In this document: positions 25,151 through 36,399 of the stretch, piece by piece
Layout: the number at the start of each line of letters is the position of its first letter
Position numbering within the stretch: position 1 is the stretch's first letter
Assembly: GCF_035594765.1 (NCBI RefSeq)
Contig: NC_085844.1
Location: forward strand, 226,192,107 to 226,256,106
Origin: Anolis carolinensis
Lineage: Eukaryota
Direction of reading: 5' to 3'
DNA length: 64,000 bases
Position numbers and translations under genes: made by a program
Notes under the pieces: generated by a model
What the model saw: only the letters and a program-made list of their open reading frames with translations
What the model was told of the DNA's origin: nothing
Database searches by the model: none

Positions 25151-28100
25151 TAGGTTTTCCGAAGTGATTTTATAGTAACATCCAGGGGAAGCATACCATA
25201 GGATTGCCTGGAGGACTTAGCAAATGGGTTCAAATTACAAGAAAGAAGATTCACCAAAACATTAGGATGAAATTCCTGCTGTTTAAGGGCCCTTCCACAC
25301 AGTCATATAACCCAGAATATCAAGGCAGAAAATCCCACAATATCTGCTTTGATCTGGGTTATCTGAGTCCACACTGCCATATATTCCAATTCAAAGCAGA
25401 AAATGTGGGATTTTATTCAGCTGTGTGGAAGGGGGCAAAGAACTGTGTGACAGTGTAATGGACTGCTTTGTAATGTGTTGGAGATCTTTGAGGTGAGGTT
25501 GGATGACCATATCTCAGAAAGTGCTTTGGAAGTGTATTCCTGCATGGCAGGGGTTAGATTAGATGGCTCTTATTGCCCTTTCAAATTGTATGTTTCCATA
25601 ATGGTTTATTGTATTTATTACAAGAATAAGAAATATTTGGCCCTTTAGATGTTTGGGATTTCATCTACTAGAAGCTCTACCCAGTATCACCAGTAGCAAG
25701 GGAAAATGGGCAATTAAGGAGGGCCCAGTCCTTTCAAGAAACTTAAGGGCTATAAAAGACAGAACATCATATGAGGGTTAATGTGATGCAGTGATTTGAG
25801 CATTAAACTATAACTAAGGAGACCAGGGATCAAATTCATCTTGGCCTTGGAACTTGGCCTTAAGCAAGTCACACTTTCTCAGCCTCAGAGGAAGCTAAAG
25901 ATAACCCCTCGCCCCTCGAACATATCTTGCCAAGAAAACAATGATGGGTTTGCCTTGAAGTTTCCATATATCGGAAATAAAGGCACACAATAACATCAAC
26001 AATTTAAAATGTTTGGAGGGCCATACATTCCACACTCTCCTCCACAATGGAAGGAGAAAGAATGAGATCCAGCCATACATTATCTCAAAGGTCTTTGCAC
26101 TATAATATCCGTTTACTTTTTAAACCACATATTATTTCAGAAGAGACTTTTGCTTTCTATCTGGCAGTCTTGGATCCAGAGCAGCCCAGCTGTGGTTGCC
26201 AGTGCCACAAAGGAAGTTGGCCTGCAACCATCTTATGATGAGCCTTTGTCTTGGGCACAGATTGAAAGAGCTACTTAATCAGCACCCAGCCAGACAATCT
26301 ACAGTCTAGGAACTGGTAGGTTTTGCATCCCTGCCAGGTGCAATATCCTGCAGCCCAGACTATCTTGTTTGCCAAAGCACACAGTATCTGCAGCGAGGAT
26401 CTAACTGTGAGCCAAAAGGCACACACAATTGGACTCAAGTCATCACAGCAGCAGTCCCAACAAATTGTCTTTTTTAATTACTGGAGGGAGAGTGAGCAAG
26501 TGAGGAAGGGAAAGGAAGAGAAGATAAATCTTCAGACTAACCATATCCTTTCATGCCAGGTACTCAACAGCATTTGAGAAGCTGCTACATAAGCAAAGCA
26601 GTCTGCTCCTGCTAAACAGAGTTGTCTCCACTACAGAGTTGGCAAGGCTTGCAGGGAGTCCTCTGTCTGTCTGGTTAAAAATGTGCTTCCAACTGCAGCC
26701 AGTCCAGATGCTTCTGGGAAGCCCTTAAGCAGCAGAGCACAAAAAAGCAAAGGACTGGTTGCCCCCGTTCTTTGTTCTTAGCATCTGTTAGCACAAATCT
26801 ATCCTCTTTACAACCCAAACATAATACACTCATCTGCTTGTTTATGATAGATTATGGGACATTTTCCTCCCCCTCTTCCTATATCTTGGTTTGAAAAAAC
26901 ACACAACTTTTTTGGCTTTTAGAGGCTTTTAATTGAGGAAAATAATGCCAATCAACAGATCACAGGGCAGGTAACACAAGTTTAACTGCTAGTCAAATAC
27001 CTTTCAACTAAACAAACATTCTGAAAATTAATTTATTTGGTACAAGTAGCTATATCAGCTTCACAAGGTTAGATAGATACTCCAAAATCAGACCTTTGTC
27101 TCTTTTTCAGGAAAGTTGAAAAATCATGTCCCCATATTAATGTCCATACAAAGATATCAAGGGTGGATTCATTTTGGAAATTGATAGCAATTTAATGCCA
27201 CTATAACTGTTGTGGCTCCAGGGGTGTAGCTCCAAGCAGAGGCAAATGAGAACGTTGTCCTCCAATAAGATTTCTATCGCCTCAAAGGACATTTGCATCT
27301 TGAATTCTTATATTTGTTGTGTGTGCATTCCCTTGATAATTTTGCCTTCCTCATTTCTTTGAATGCTTGAATTGCACTTTATTATAACAATGGAATAGAA
27401 TATAAAAGGTATACACATTTAAAAAATAATATCTGTAAAATACAGTTACCCTGTGAAACCTGTATGCAATCAAAAAACAGACTTCCTGTGTCTTATGAGA
27501 AATTTACTAGTTCTGCATAATTTCCACCCATTTCCTGCCAAATGTGTGAGAATGAAGAATTGGTACATGGCGCCCTGCTGAGAATAAAAATTGGGAAGAA
27601 AATGTTAAAACAGAAAAAAAACCATTAATAAGGAGTGGAGTTGGGAGGAGAAAGCTGTTGTAAGTGTTTCTAGTGGAATGGGTATTTTCTGCCTGACAGA
27701 AAAAGCACAAGAGTGAGAAAACATCAAAACAGTGTTGGTTCAAAGCTTCAAGTGACAGAGGATGAGGGAGAAAGAGGACAGAACTTAGTCATGCAAAAAC
27801 AGTACAAATGGGAGAGCCAAAGAGAAGGACTTCATTGGTGAGATGCAAAGCACAAAGAATTGTACTAGAAACAGTATGTAGAGACTGGAATAGCTTCATC
27901 TAAAGGGGAGACTGGAGTTTTAAAAGTTTTGGGTCAGGCTATAGCAAAGTTAGGGGGAGAGAAAGCAAGAAAAGGAGAAAGCATACCTTACCATGGATTG
28001 TCTTACGTTTTCTCAGGATGGTTGAGTGTAGCATGCCTTGTTCAATTCTCAACTGCAACATAAACCATCCTTCTGGACAGCCCTCTTTATCCTATTTTTT

Positions 28101-30229
28101 CTGATTGGTTACATCTGATGTTTGCATCCTACTATCTGTTTTCCTATCTATGTTAATTCTGAAGTCTAGTCTCTGATTGTTTGCTCTTTTATCTACCACC
28201 TATTGTGTCGCTAATCTGAAGAAGGAAAATTGCCTGTCTTCATTAACACAACTGAAATTTCCTCTGAAAGGATTTTCCAACAGTATGTCTCATGATTTAT
28301 TGGCCAATATGACCATCTCAGACTTATAGTTGCCATCTTTCTCATTCCCAAGTTGGGGGTGGGGTGGGAGCTGTGCAGGGCTTACTAATGGTTACTCCAA
28401 GCTACATCACTATTACTTTAGTACCATGTTTTTCAGATTAATAGTTGGGAGTGAGGATGTGCCATTTTGCCCACTTATTGTTGTCATTGTTGCATGCCTT
28501 CAAATCATTTCTGGCATATAGCAATCCTAAAACCTATAATGGGGTTTTCTAAAACTCAGACTGTGTGACTCGTCCAAGGTGATCCACTGAGTTTCTATGG
28601 CTGAGTTGGGAATCGAACCCTGGTCACACTCCAAAGCTTAAACAACTACACCATGCTGGCTCTCAATTTTGCCCATTGCCTCGATAAAAAACCTTGTGTT
28701 AGTCCTACAAGTAACTAAAAACTTCTCGATGGTTTGTCATATCTACAAATTCAGCACCAATCAATGATAATGGAAGATCTGAAATGCCATGTCTTTTTGA
28801 CTATGCACAATTAGCTCATATCTTCAAGGGCCATCTTACTGAGTTTAGCCAAACCATACTATCTCCTAGATACTGTTAGTAGGTAGCAATATATCTTTTG
28901 CTTTGTTGGGTGTCTTCCCCTACTCCCTGCTTAAGGCTGGATTTACACTCCCATATAAAATCCAAAAATATCTGCTTTAAACTTGGTTATATGGCAGTGT
29001 AGACTCATATAATCCAGTTCAAAGCAGATAGTTTGGATTATCTGATTTGATAAACTGGATTATATGGCAGTGTAGATCTGGAGGCATACTCCAGAAACAC
29101 ATTATTGTGCTGAATATACCCACATTTATAAATGTATGGGTTTCAAACAGCAATATCATAATATGAAAATAATATTCTCAATGTGGTCTCATTTCTCATG
29201 TTCTTTGTATAAAAGAAAAATATTCCCCTCTTTCTTTCCAATGGATTTTTATTTAAACAAAATTCCTTACAGCCTTTTTAATGGATTTACTCTGGGTAAA
29301 CTTGAAGTGTGTGGGGTTTGCGCATATAAATAAATATGTCTGAGGAAGGAGAGCTTGTTGGGAGGAGAGACAGCAGAAGAACCAAACTGTTAAACTACAA
29401 ATGAAGCCCTCATGGATTGAAGGCAGATGCTTCCTTAAATAGTCAGGGACTGTGCTGAAAATGGCTACGTTTAGTGTTTTTGTAAAACTGCTTGCTAGGA
29501 AGGTGAGCCAAGATGTCCCAAGGTTATTTGCTGTATTTTTCAAGGTTATTTTCAAGACTTATGTTTATTGATTTCATGTGCTTTTTTCCCTTATCCTCCA
29601 TCTCTTTTGAATCTTAAATCATGTTAGTGGTCAGTGCCTCCCAAACCATCAAGACAGGAAAATGGTGTTTGCTAGCCAATGTTTTTGTTGCTCAGAGCCA
29701 ACTCAGAAACTGTGATGTGGCATGTCTTGTATGTAAGCAAATGCCACTAAAGTGAACATTTCACCTCTGCTGTACCTGTGACAAAGAGCAAAGGATGTCA
29801 GAAATTGAGCCACAAATAAACGTGAATGTGAGAGGGGCTCTGTGAATTTGCCAAAGATCGCCACCCAACACCTGAAGGCAGATTTACAAGGGAGAACTCC
29901 GATAGACTCATAATAATATGTTGTTCCTCATTATGGCCACTATTATATATACAGCTGAAACAATACCACTAACAAGAGGGAGGTATCAGCAGGCTGGGGG
30001 GAATCCCAAGGTGTACAGAAGTCACCAACCCAATAATGAAACAGCATGCTTAGTTGGCATGGAAATCTAATGTGTGTCTTGCTGTGTGGAGGGAGACAGT
30101 GAATCCAGAGAAGAGGTTGGTGTAAAATGTCAGTCACTCAAATGGAAAACTCTGTGATGTAATACTTTACTGGGAGTCCCATCTGAATCCAATGTAAATA
30201 CTTTGTTTGCATTTTGCTGCAACTTGACA

Positions 30230-30272
<43 letters not shown>

Positions 30273-30273
<1 letters not shown>

Positions 30274-30910
30274 CCAAAAGTGAAAAGTCGATGACAGATC
30301 CCAAGTGTAGACTCTGCAAGGAAGCAGATGAAACAATAGATCACATCCTCAGCTGCTGCAAGAAGATCATAATACCGTTGCTCAAATGATCCATTGGAAC
30401 TTCTGCAACAAATACCATCTGCCTGTGACAAAGAACTGGTGGGATCACAAGCCTGAAAAAGTTACAAAAAATGAACACGTCAAACTACTCTGGGACCTTA
30501 CTAAACCTCCCCTCCCCCTTTTTTTTCTTTCTTTTTTTCTTCTTTTTCTCTCCTTTTGTTTATATATATATATTAGTTTCTATATTTACTACTTTTCTAT
30601 TTACTTAGATTGTTCCCCCACTTTTTATGTAAAAGAAATCTATTCTTATCCTAATAAAAATTATAATAATAATAATAAAAAAACTACTCTGGGACTTCCG
30701 AATTCAGACTGACAAGAGTTTTGGAGCACAATACTCCTGACTTCACAATCGTGTTAAAAAACAAAGTATGAATTGTTGATGTTGCAATCCCAGGTGACAG
30801 CAGGATTGAAAACAACTGGAAAAGCTGACACGATATGAGGATTTAAAGATTGAACTGCAAAGACTCTGGCACAAGCCAGTAAAGGTGATCCCAGTGGTAA
30901 TCGGCACACA
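30273..30910 (+). mobile_element. R4/Dong-clade LINE fragment with a nested L1-type tail insertion (30497-30680)
   Basis: Encodes DPKCRLCKEADETIDHILSCCKK, homologous to 40305-41210; preceded by (TAA)n; the nested insert has a 15-bp TSD AAACTACTCTGGGAC. Confidence 0.82.
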
Positions 30911-32257
30911 AAGGATTGGGAAATCATGTAAGCCATGTCATAGACACTGAGCAAATTAGTAAATTACTTGTCAGGAAGTTGCTTGGAAAATTGGTCTCTG
31001 TCATTTTCCTCACTCCCATCAAATTATGCCCATATTCTTTGTTTATTCTCACTTTTTAAAGTATATCACACTTTAGCTAAGAAGGTTTTCAAAATTATGC
31101 TCTACCGAACCTTTAAAAATCATTGATTTTACCCAAAGATCTGCACTTAAAACATGACCCCACCACTTACTTGTGGAAAGTTTCTTCCAAGAAATATTAC
31201 TTTTCTTTTTTTCAAGTCTTCATTTCACTTTTTTTCTATATTTATTTTTAAACCTGTATTTTATTTGCATATTATCCTGCAAATATTTATATACTATGTG
31301 GTGTGGTGGTTTGAGCGTTGGGCTATGACTCTGGCTACCAGGGATCAAATTCCTGCTCAGCCATGGAAACTCACTGGCAAGAGAGGGTAATCTGACCAAG
31401 GTCACCCAGGGGGTTTCCAGGGCGTAGTAAAAATTCAAATTCTGGTCTCCAGAGTCATAGTCCTACACTCAAACCACTACACTGTGGTAAGTTGGCTCAT
31501 ACTATGAGTACAGCTAAAGCGAGATTGGAGCACTGTCTCTAAATATCTCCATGCTCCTGGTCGGATTGCATGCAAATATCTGAAATAAGACTTGTAAACA
31601 TGTTCAGCTAAACATGCCTACATGGTTTTCAAGGTCATGAACCAAACCTTTATCCTATTTCCAAATGCAGAAGCTTTGTAAGCATGTTGAACGACTTCAC
31701 TTGCATAATGCCATTCTCAGAACATGAATATTTTTAACATGGAGGGTTGAGGACATCTGGGAACAAGGTTTGCATTGTTGCCCATTTCTTTTCGTAACTT
31801 TAACTGTATGCATCTGATGGTGCGAAAATGTATCTGAAATCAGGTGTGTCTAGACCACTTCTATGCTGCCATATAAAATCCAGAATATCTGCTTTGAACT
31901 GGATTATATGGCAGTGTAGACTCATATAATACAGTTCAAAGCAGATAATTTGGATTATATGGCAGTGTAGAATGGGCCTTAGTTTTCATTCCTCACATGT
32001 TCTGGGGTCTTACTTTATGGCCTTCAACTTCAGGGGATTTGCTTCATGGCTTCATTCCTTTGATCCTGGTTCCTAACACACTTCAGGCTGTTGCCAATGT
32101 TCCAGCATGATGACTGTCTTAAAAGGAGCACATTGTTTGCCTATCATTGCTCTGTACTCTGACCAGCAGCAGTTCTCTACCATATTTAGCCACAGACATT
32201 TGGCTACCTGTGAAACAACAATCATTGCCCACCAATCTCACAATACATAATACCCGT

Positions 32258-32680
32258 TGTTCTGTCACGCGCTGGGCCTGTGACTGACTGTCTGTTATAT
32301 AGGACATACGCTTTACGCCCAGCGGGAAGGGTCGTCGAGGAATTTTCCTGAAAAGATGGCCTTGAAGTCTTTAAAGAAATAACAAAGTCTTTATTGACGA
32401 ACAAATAATAAATCTTCAAGGAGTCTTGTCCCACAGGACAGGCTATAGGCTTTGAATAACTGTGAAAACCCTCTTATAACCCCTCCCAGGCTATCTGTTA
32501 TCTGGGCCTAGCTAGTCTGGGACCCACTGCCAACTCCAAGTGCGTCTGGTAGTTGAGTGGACCTACCAGCCAATGGCTTGCAGATGTTTCTGTGCTGTTG
32601 TTCTGTATCCCTGGACAGTCAATATCCCTGGGGTTCTTTAACCTTGGTGCTCTTTATCCCTGGTGGCCTTTATCCCTGGT
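32258..32680 (-). repeat. 3' LTR remnant (R/U5 side only)
   Basis: Nearly identical to 35270-35709; joins gag directly inside the tandem-repeat tract. Confidence 0.9.
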
Positions 32681-34682
32681 GGGGAGTTGCACCACAGCAC
32701 CTGAAGCAGATCCCGGATTTCTTGAGGATCTCGACTTTGTCTGCGTGAGGCTTTCTGGCAAACTCTCTGCAGTCGGCCAAACTGTGGGGCTTTGCATGCA
32801 GTGGGCACAAAACCTCTTTTGGTGTCATCTTGGCATCAGGTAGAGATGGGATGGTCTCTGTAGTCTTGTTTCTTTCAATGCCACTGTCCTTCTCAGGTTT
32901 CTTGGCCTCTTTGATGGGCCTATCCGTCCTTGGAGCCCCATAAAGAGTTGGAAATCCTGTCTGTGGGTCGTTAAGTTGCATGGCAGCATTTGTAACAAAT
33001 TCCACAAGATGGGTGAATGGTGGGTAGACCTGATGATTAGCCTGCTTGTATCTGAAGACTTCCCTGCCCCATTCTTCCTGCAAGAAAAAGGGCAGTCTTT
33101 GAGTGATGGCAGTTTGGGACAAGTGCTGGTCCAGGCAGGCAAACCCTGGAAGCTGTGGGTTTCCCTTAGCTGACTGGAGCTCAACCAATAAGTCTGATAG
33201 GTCCCAAAGCTGTTCAAAGTCCTTAGGTTTGAGCACCGGGAACTTATGAAGTCTGTCCATCAGCGAGGCTTCAATTTGGGTGCTGGACCCGTAACACTGG
33301 TTAAGCCTTGTCCATGCAGTGTCCAGTGCTCTTTCTGGTTGGTCGATGAGGGCTGAGAAGATTCTTCTCACCTGGTGGGCTGATGTTGGACCAAGCCAGG
33401 CAACCATAAGAGTTAGTTCCTCCTCAGAGGTGAGTCCTAAATTCTGTATGGCACGATGAAAGGTCTTCTTCCAAAGTAGGAAATCTTCTGGCCTGTCAGA
33501 GAATTTCTCCACACCTTTGTCCCTCAAATCCTTCTTCGGGTTCCTGAACAGAGACTCGAGCTGTGACTGAGGAATCTGAAGAAACGGAAGGGGTATTTGG
33601 TCAGGGGTAAAGGTGAAGTTCTTCTCAAACCTAGAAGGTCCCTTCAGAGGAACATCTGTGATCTCAGGTATGGGTGAAACCCTGATTTCTATTGGCCTTG
33701 CAACCTGAGTTGGTGGCTGTGGGCTCCTGGCCCTGGATTCTTCGACCTGCCTGCGTGGCACGATGACGCTGTCCACCTGCACCAGCTTGTTGTCTTGGAA
33801 GCCAACGTGGGCTGGCAGAAGAGGTGTGCTTGGTGGTGTCGGTAGGCGGTTGACGTTTTCCTGAGACAGCTCTCCTTGCAGCGCCTTCGCCAGGATGTTG
33901 GCACAAACCCTCTTCTGAGCTGCATCTTGTTGGACACGTGTGAGCTTTAACTTTGCTTCTAATTCAGTTTGAGCCTGCTCGAAGTTCAGGCTTAGCTCTG
34001 CTGCTGCTGCCTCAGCTTCCGCCTCGAGGATCTTCTCCTGTAGCTCCATGCGCTTGGCTTCCTTGTTGTAGAAGGCCGCCATCGATGAGGAGCTGCTCCT
34101 TGAAACAGAAGATCCAGGCGCAGAGTCATGTCTGCTGCCAAACTTCTTGCTGGGGTGGCTGTGTTTGCTATGGGCAGACGTGCCTCCCTGACTATCCTTC
34201 AAACATAAGGCCTGTAGGGAATGTTTAAGGAGCTCAGGGCTCGCGCTACGGGTGGGAGAAGCTTGATCATCCCTTTCCCTTCTGGGGGAGGGGCTGAAGT
34301 CAGCTACATGAAACAGGTGTGCATAACTAGATTCCCTATGCTTAACACTATTTAAAAACTGTAGAGCTCTAAGATCTGATTCCTGGCTGTTTATTTTGCC
34401 AAGCACCTGGGTGATGCTATCCACTAGGGCTCTCCATTCGTTAACCAGAACCTTGAGATTAGCCCTGATACACTGAGACTCCCTAGTGTCTTTAGAACCT
34501 TCTAGTTGACCATCAAGGTTAACAATAGAAAGCCAGATGCTTTCAGCCTTATTTGTCAGCTGAGCCTCTTCTAGCAAAAGCAGGTCTAAAGCCTTTTGGG
34601 TAGGATGAATTGAACCCTGAGATCTCAAACTATTAGCTTTTCCCTCTGATTTTGCAGAGCCTAGAGTATGAGCCATAATCAC
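32670..34682 (-). CDS. gag: BEL/Pao Gag-like protein, 670 aa, C-terminally truncated by fusion to the LTR
   Basis: Uninterrupted ORF: coiled-coil N-half, DUF1759-like capsid motif FSDRPEDFLLWKKTF, Cys-His boxes CPLHAKPHSLADC and CFRCCGATPH (cut); the stop codon is supplied by LTR sequence. Confidence 0.88.
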   Translation of the reverse strand: MIMAHTLGSAKSEGKANSLRSQGSIHPTQKALDLLLLEEAQLTNKAESIWLSIVNLDGQLEGSKDTRESQCIRANLKVLVNEWRALVDSITQVLGKINSQESDLRALQFLNSVKHRESSYAHLFHVADFSPSPRRERDDQASPTRSASPELLKHSLQALCLKDSQGGTSAHSKHSHPSKKFGSRHDSAPGSSVSRSSSSSMAAFYNKEAKRMELQEKILEAEAEAAAAELSLNFEQAQTELEAKLKLTRVQQDAAQKRVCANILAKALQGELSQENVNRLPTPPSTPLLPAHVGFQDNKLVQVDSVIVPRRQVEESRARSPQPPTQVARPIEIRVSPIPEITDVPLKGPSRFEKNFTFTPDQIPLPFLQIPQSQLESLFRNPKKDLRDKGVEKFSDRPEDFLLWKKTFHRAIQNLGLTSEEELTLMVAWLGPTSAHQVRRIFSALIDQPERALDTAWTRLNQCYGSSTQIEASLMDRLHKFPVLKPKDFEQLWDLSDLLVELQSAKGNPQLPGFACLDQHLSQTAITQRLPFFLQEEWGREVFRYKQANHQVYPPFTHLVEFVTNAAMQLNDPQTGFPTLYGAPRTDRPIKEAKKPEKDSGIERNKTTETIPSLPDAKMTPKEVLCPLHAKPHSLADCREFARKPHADKVEILKKSGICFRCCGATPHQG

Positions 34683-35269
34683 AAATTAAGCAAACAAAAT
34701 GGCAATGCAGTTACAAAAGCACACTCAAAACTTATTACTTTAAAGCAAGAAATAAGAACACAGCAATAAATCAGTTGCAAACAAACTCCTGCAAGCACCA
34801 AGGAGTTTGCAAAACCCCTTTTGCAGGCACCTGGTAGATGAAGTAGCAAGCACTGTGCAGACTTAGTCCTGATGCTACTGGAACAAAATGTTGCAATTTG
34901 CTGTGGAAAGCTTGCTTCTGCAGAGCGAATGTAGCAAATGCTGTGCAGGACTTGCTTCAAAAAGGGCGGGAAAGGCTTGCTTCTGTTGCTGGATCAAAAT
35001 GTTGCAAACTGTTGTGGAAGGCTTGCTTTTGCAGAGGCTGCTGCAAATGTAGCAAACTTGGAAGAAAGGAGGAATGCACCGGCCCCTCCCTTCTGGTCAC
35101 ATGGGCTGTCTTCCAAGATGGCCGAAAATGCAGGAACACATTCACATGGATAGCAGGTAATGGAGGCTTGGAATGGCCCTGAACTGGCTCCCTTATGCAC
35201 TGTCTTTTAGCTTTTTCAAGTCCTTTACTTTACTCCCGGGTGGCAGAAGCCACCAGCTACCTATTTCAA

Positions 35270-36399
35270 TGTTCTGTCACGCGCTGGGCCTGTGACTGAC
35301 TGTCTGTTATATAGGACATACGCTTTACGCCCAGCGGGAAGCCAGGGGCCTAAAGAAGGGTCGTCAAGGAATTTTCCTGAAAAGATGGCCTTGAAGTCTT
35401 TAAAGAAATAACAAAGTCTTTATTGACGAACAAATAATAAATCTTCAAGGAGTCTTGTCCCACAGGACAGGCTATAGGCTTTGAATAACTGTGAAAACCC
35501 TCTTATAACCCCTCCCAGGCTATCTGTTATCTGGGCCTAGCTAGTCTGGGACCCACTGCCAACTCCAAGTGCGTCTGGTAGTTGAGTGGACCTACCAGCC
35601 AATGGCTTGCAGATGTTTCTGTGCTGTTGTTCTGTATCCCTGGACAGTCAATATCCCTGGGGTTCTTTAACCTTGGTGCTCTTTATCCCTGGTGGCCTTT
35701 ATCCCTGGTATTCTTTAACCCTGGTGTTCTTTATCCCCGGTGGTCTTGAATTTCTCCACACCTTTGTCCCTCAAATCCTTCTTCGGGTTCCTGAACAGAG
35801 ACTCGAGCTGTGACTGAGGAATCTGAAGAAACGGAAGGGGTGTTTGGTCAGGGGTAAAGGTGAAGTTCTTCTCAAACCTAGAAGGTCCCTTCAGAGGAAC
35901 ATCTGTGATCTCAGGTATGGGCGAAACCCTGGTTTCTATTGGCCTTGCAACCTGAGTTGGTGGCTGTGGGCTCCTGGCCCTGGATTCTTCGACCTGCCTG
36001 CGTGGCACGATGACGCTGTCCACCTGCACCAGCTTGTTGTCTTGGAAGCCAACGTGGGCTGGCAGAAGAGGTGTGCTTGGTGGTGTCGGTAGGCGGTTGA
36101 CGTTTTCCTGAGACAGCTCTCCTTGCAGCGCCTTCTTTATCCCCGGTGGTCTTGAACCCTGGTGGTCTTGAACCCTGGTGGTCTTGAAATAGGAAGCCTT
36201 TTATGGGACGAGCTGGTCTATGTCCTACAGCTGAATTTCCCAAGAGAAACTAACTTAAAAATGGCTCCTTCCCTCCCAGAGCCCTGAACAGGGGGCGGAA
36301 CCAAACTTAATGGTGATTGACAGGTGGCCTGTCCTATGGCTGCAAACATTTGCAGCAAGAAAGTAAAATAGAAGGTTCTGGTACAGCTGTACCAGCACA
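35270..36399 (-). repeat. 5' LTR of the BEL element, containing a 388-bp inserted gag duplicate (35748-36135)
   Basis: Matches the left LTR remnant; contains a GC box, a CATAAAA motif (36205-36199), ~15-bp tandem repeats and AATAAA (minus strand, about 35419-35424). Confidence 0.9.

Larger units (their letters stand above)
32258..36399 (-). mobile_element. BEL/Pao LTR retrotransposon, internally deleted (gag only, no pol)
   Basis: TG...CA termini with an imperfect inverted repeat (TGTGCTG / CAGAACA); 5-bp TSD CCCGT at 32253-32257 and 36400-36404; LTR copies 32258-32680 and 35270-35709 differ by one substitution and one 17-bp indel. Confidence 0.93.

Noticed and set aside
35236-35255. TGGTGGC as a tRNA-Leu-type PBS
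   Set aside because: It is 14 nt away from the LTR end and matches only about 7 nt of a recalled tRNA 3' end.
35620-36190. Short tandem repeats resembling a CRISPR-like array
   Set aside because: Eukaryotic LTR-internal ~15-bp repeats without unique spacers; the single insert is gag-derived.
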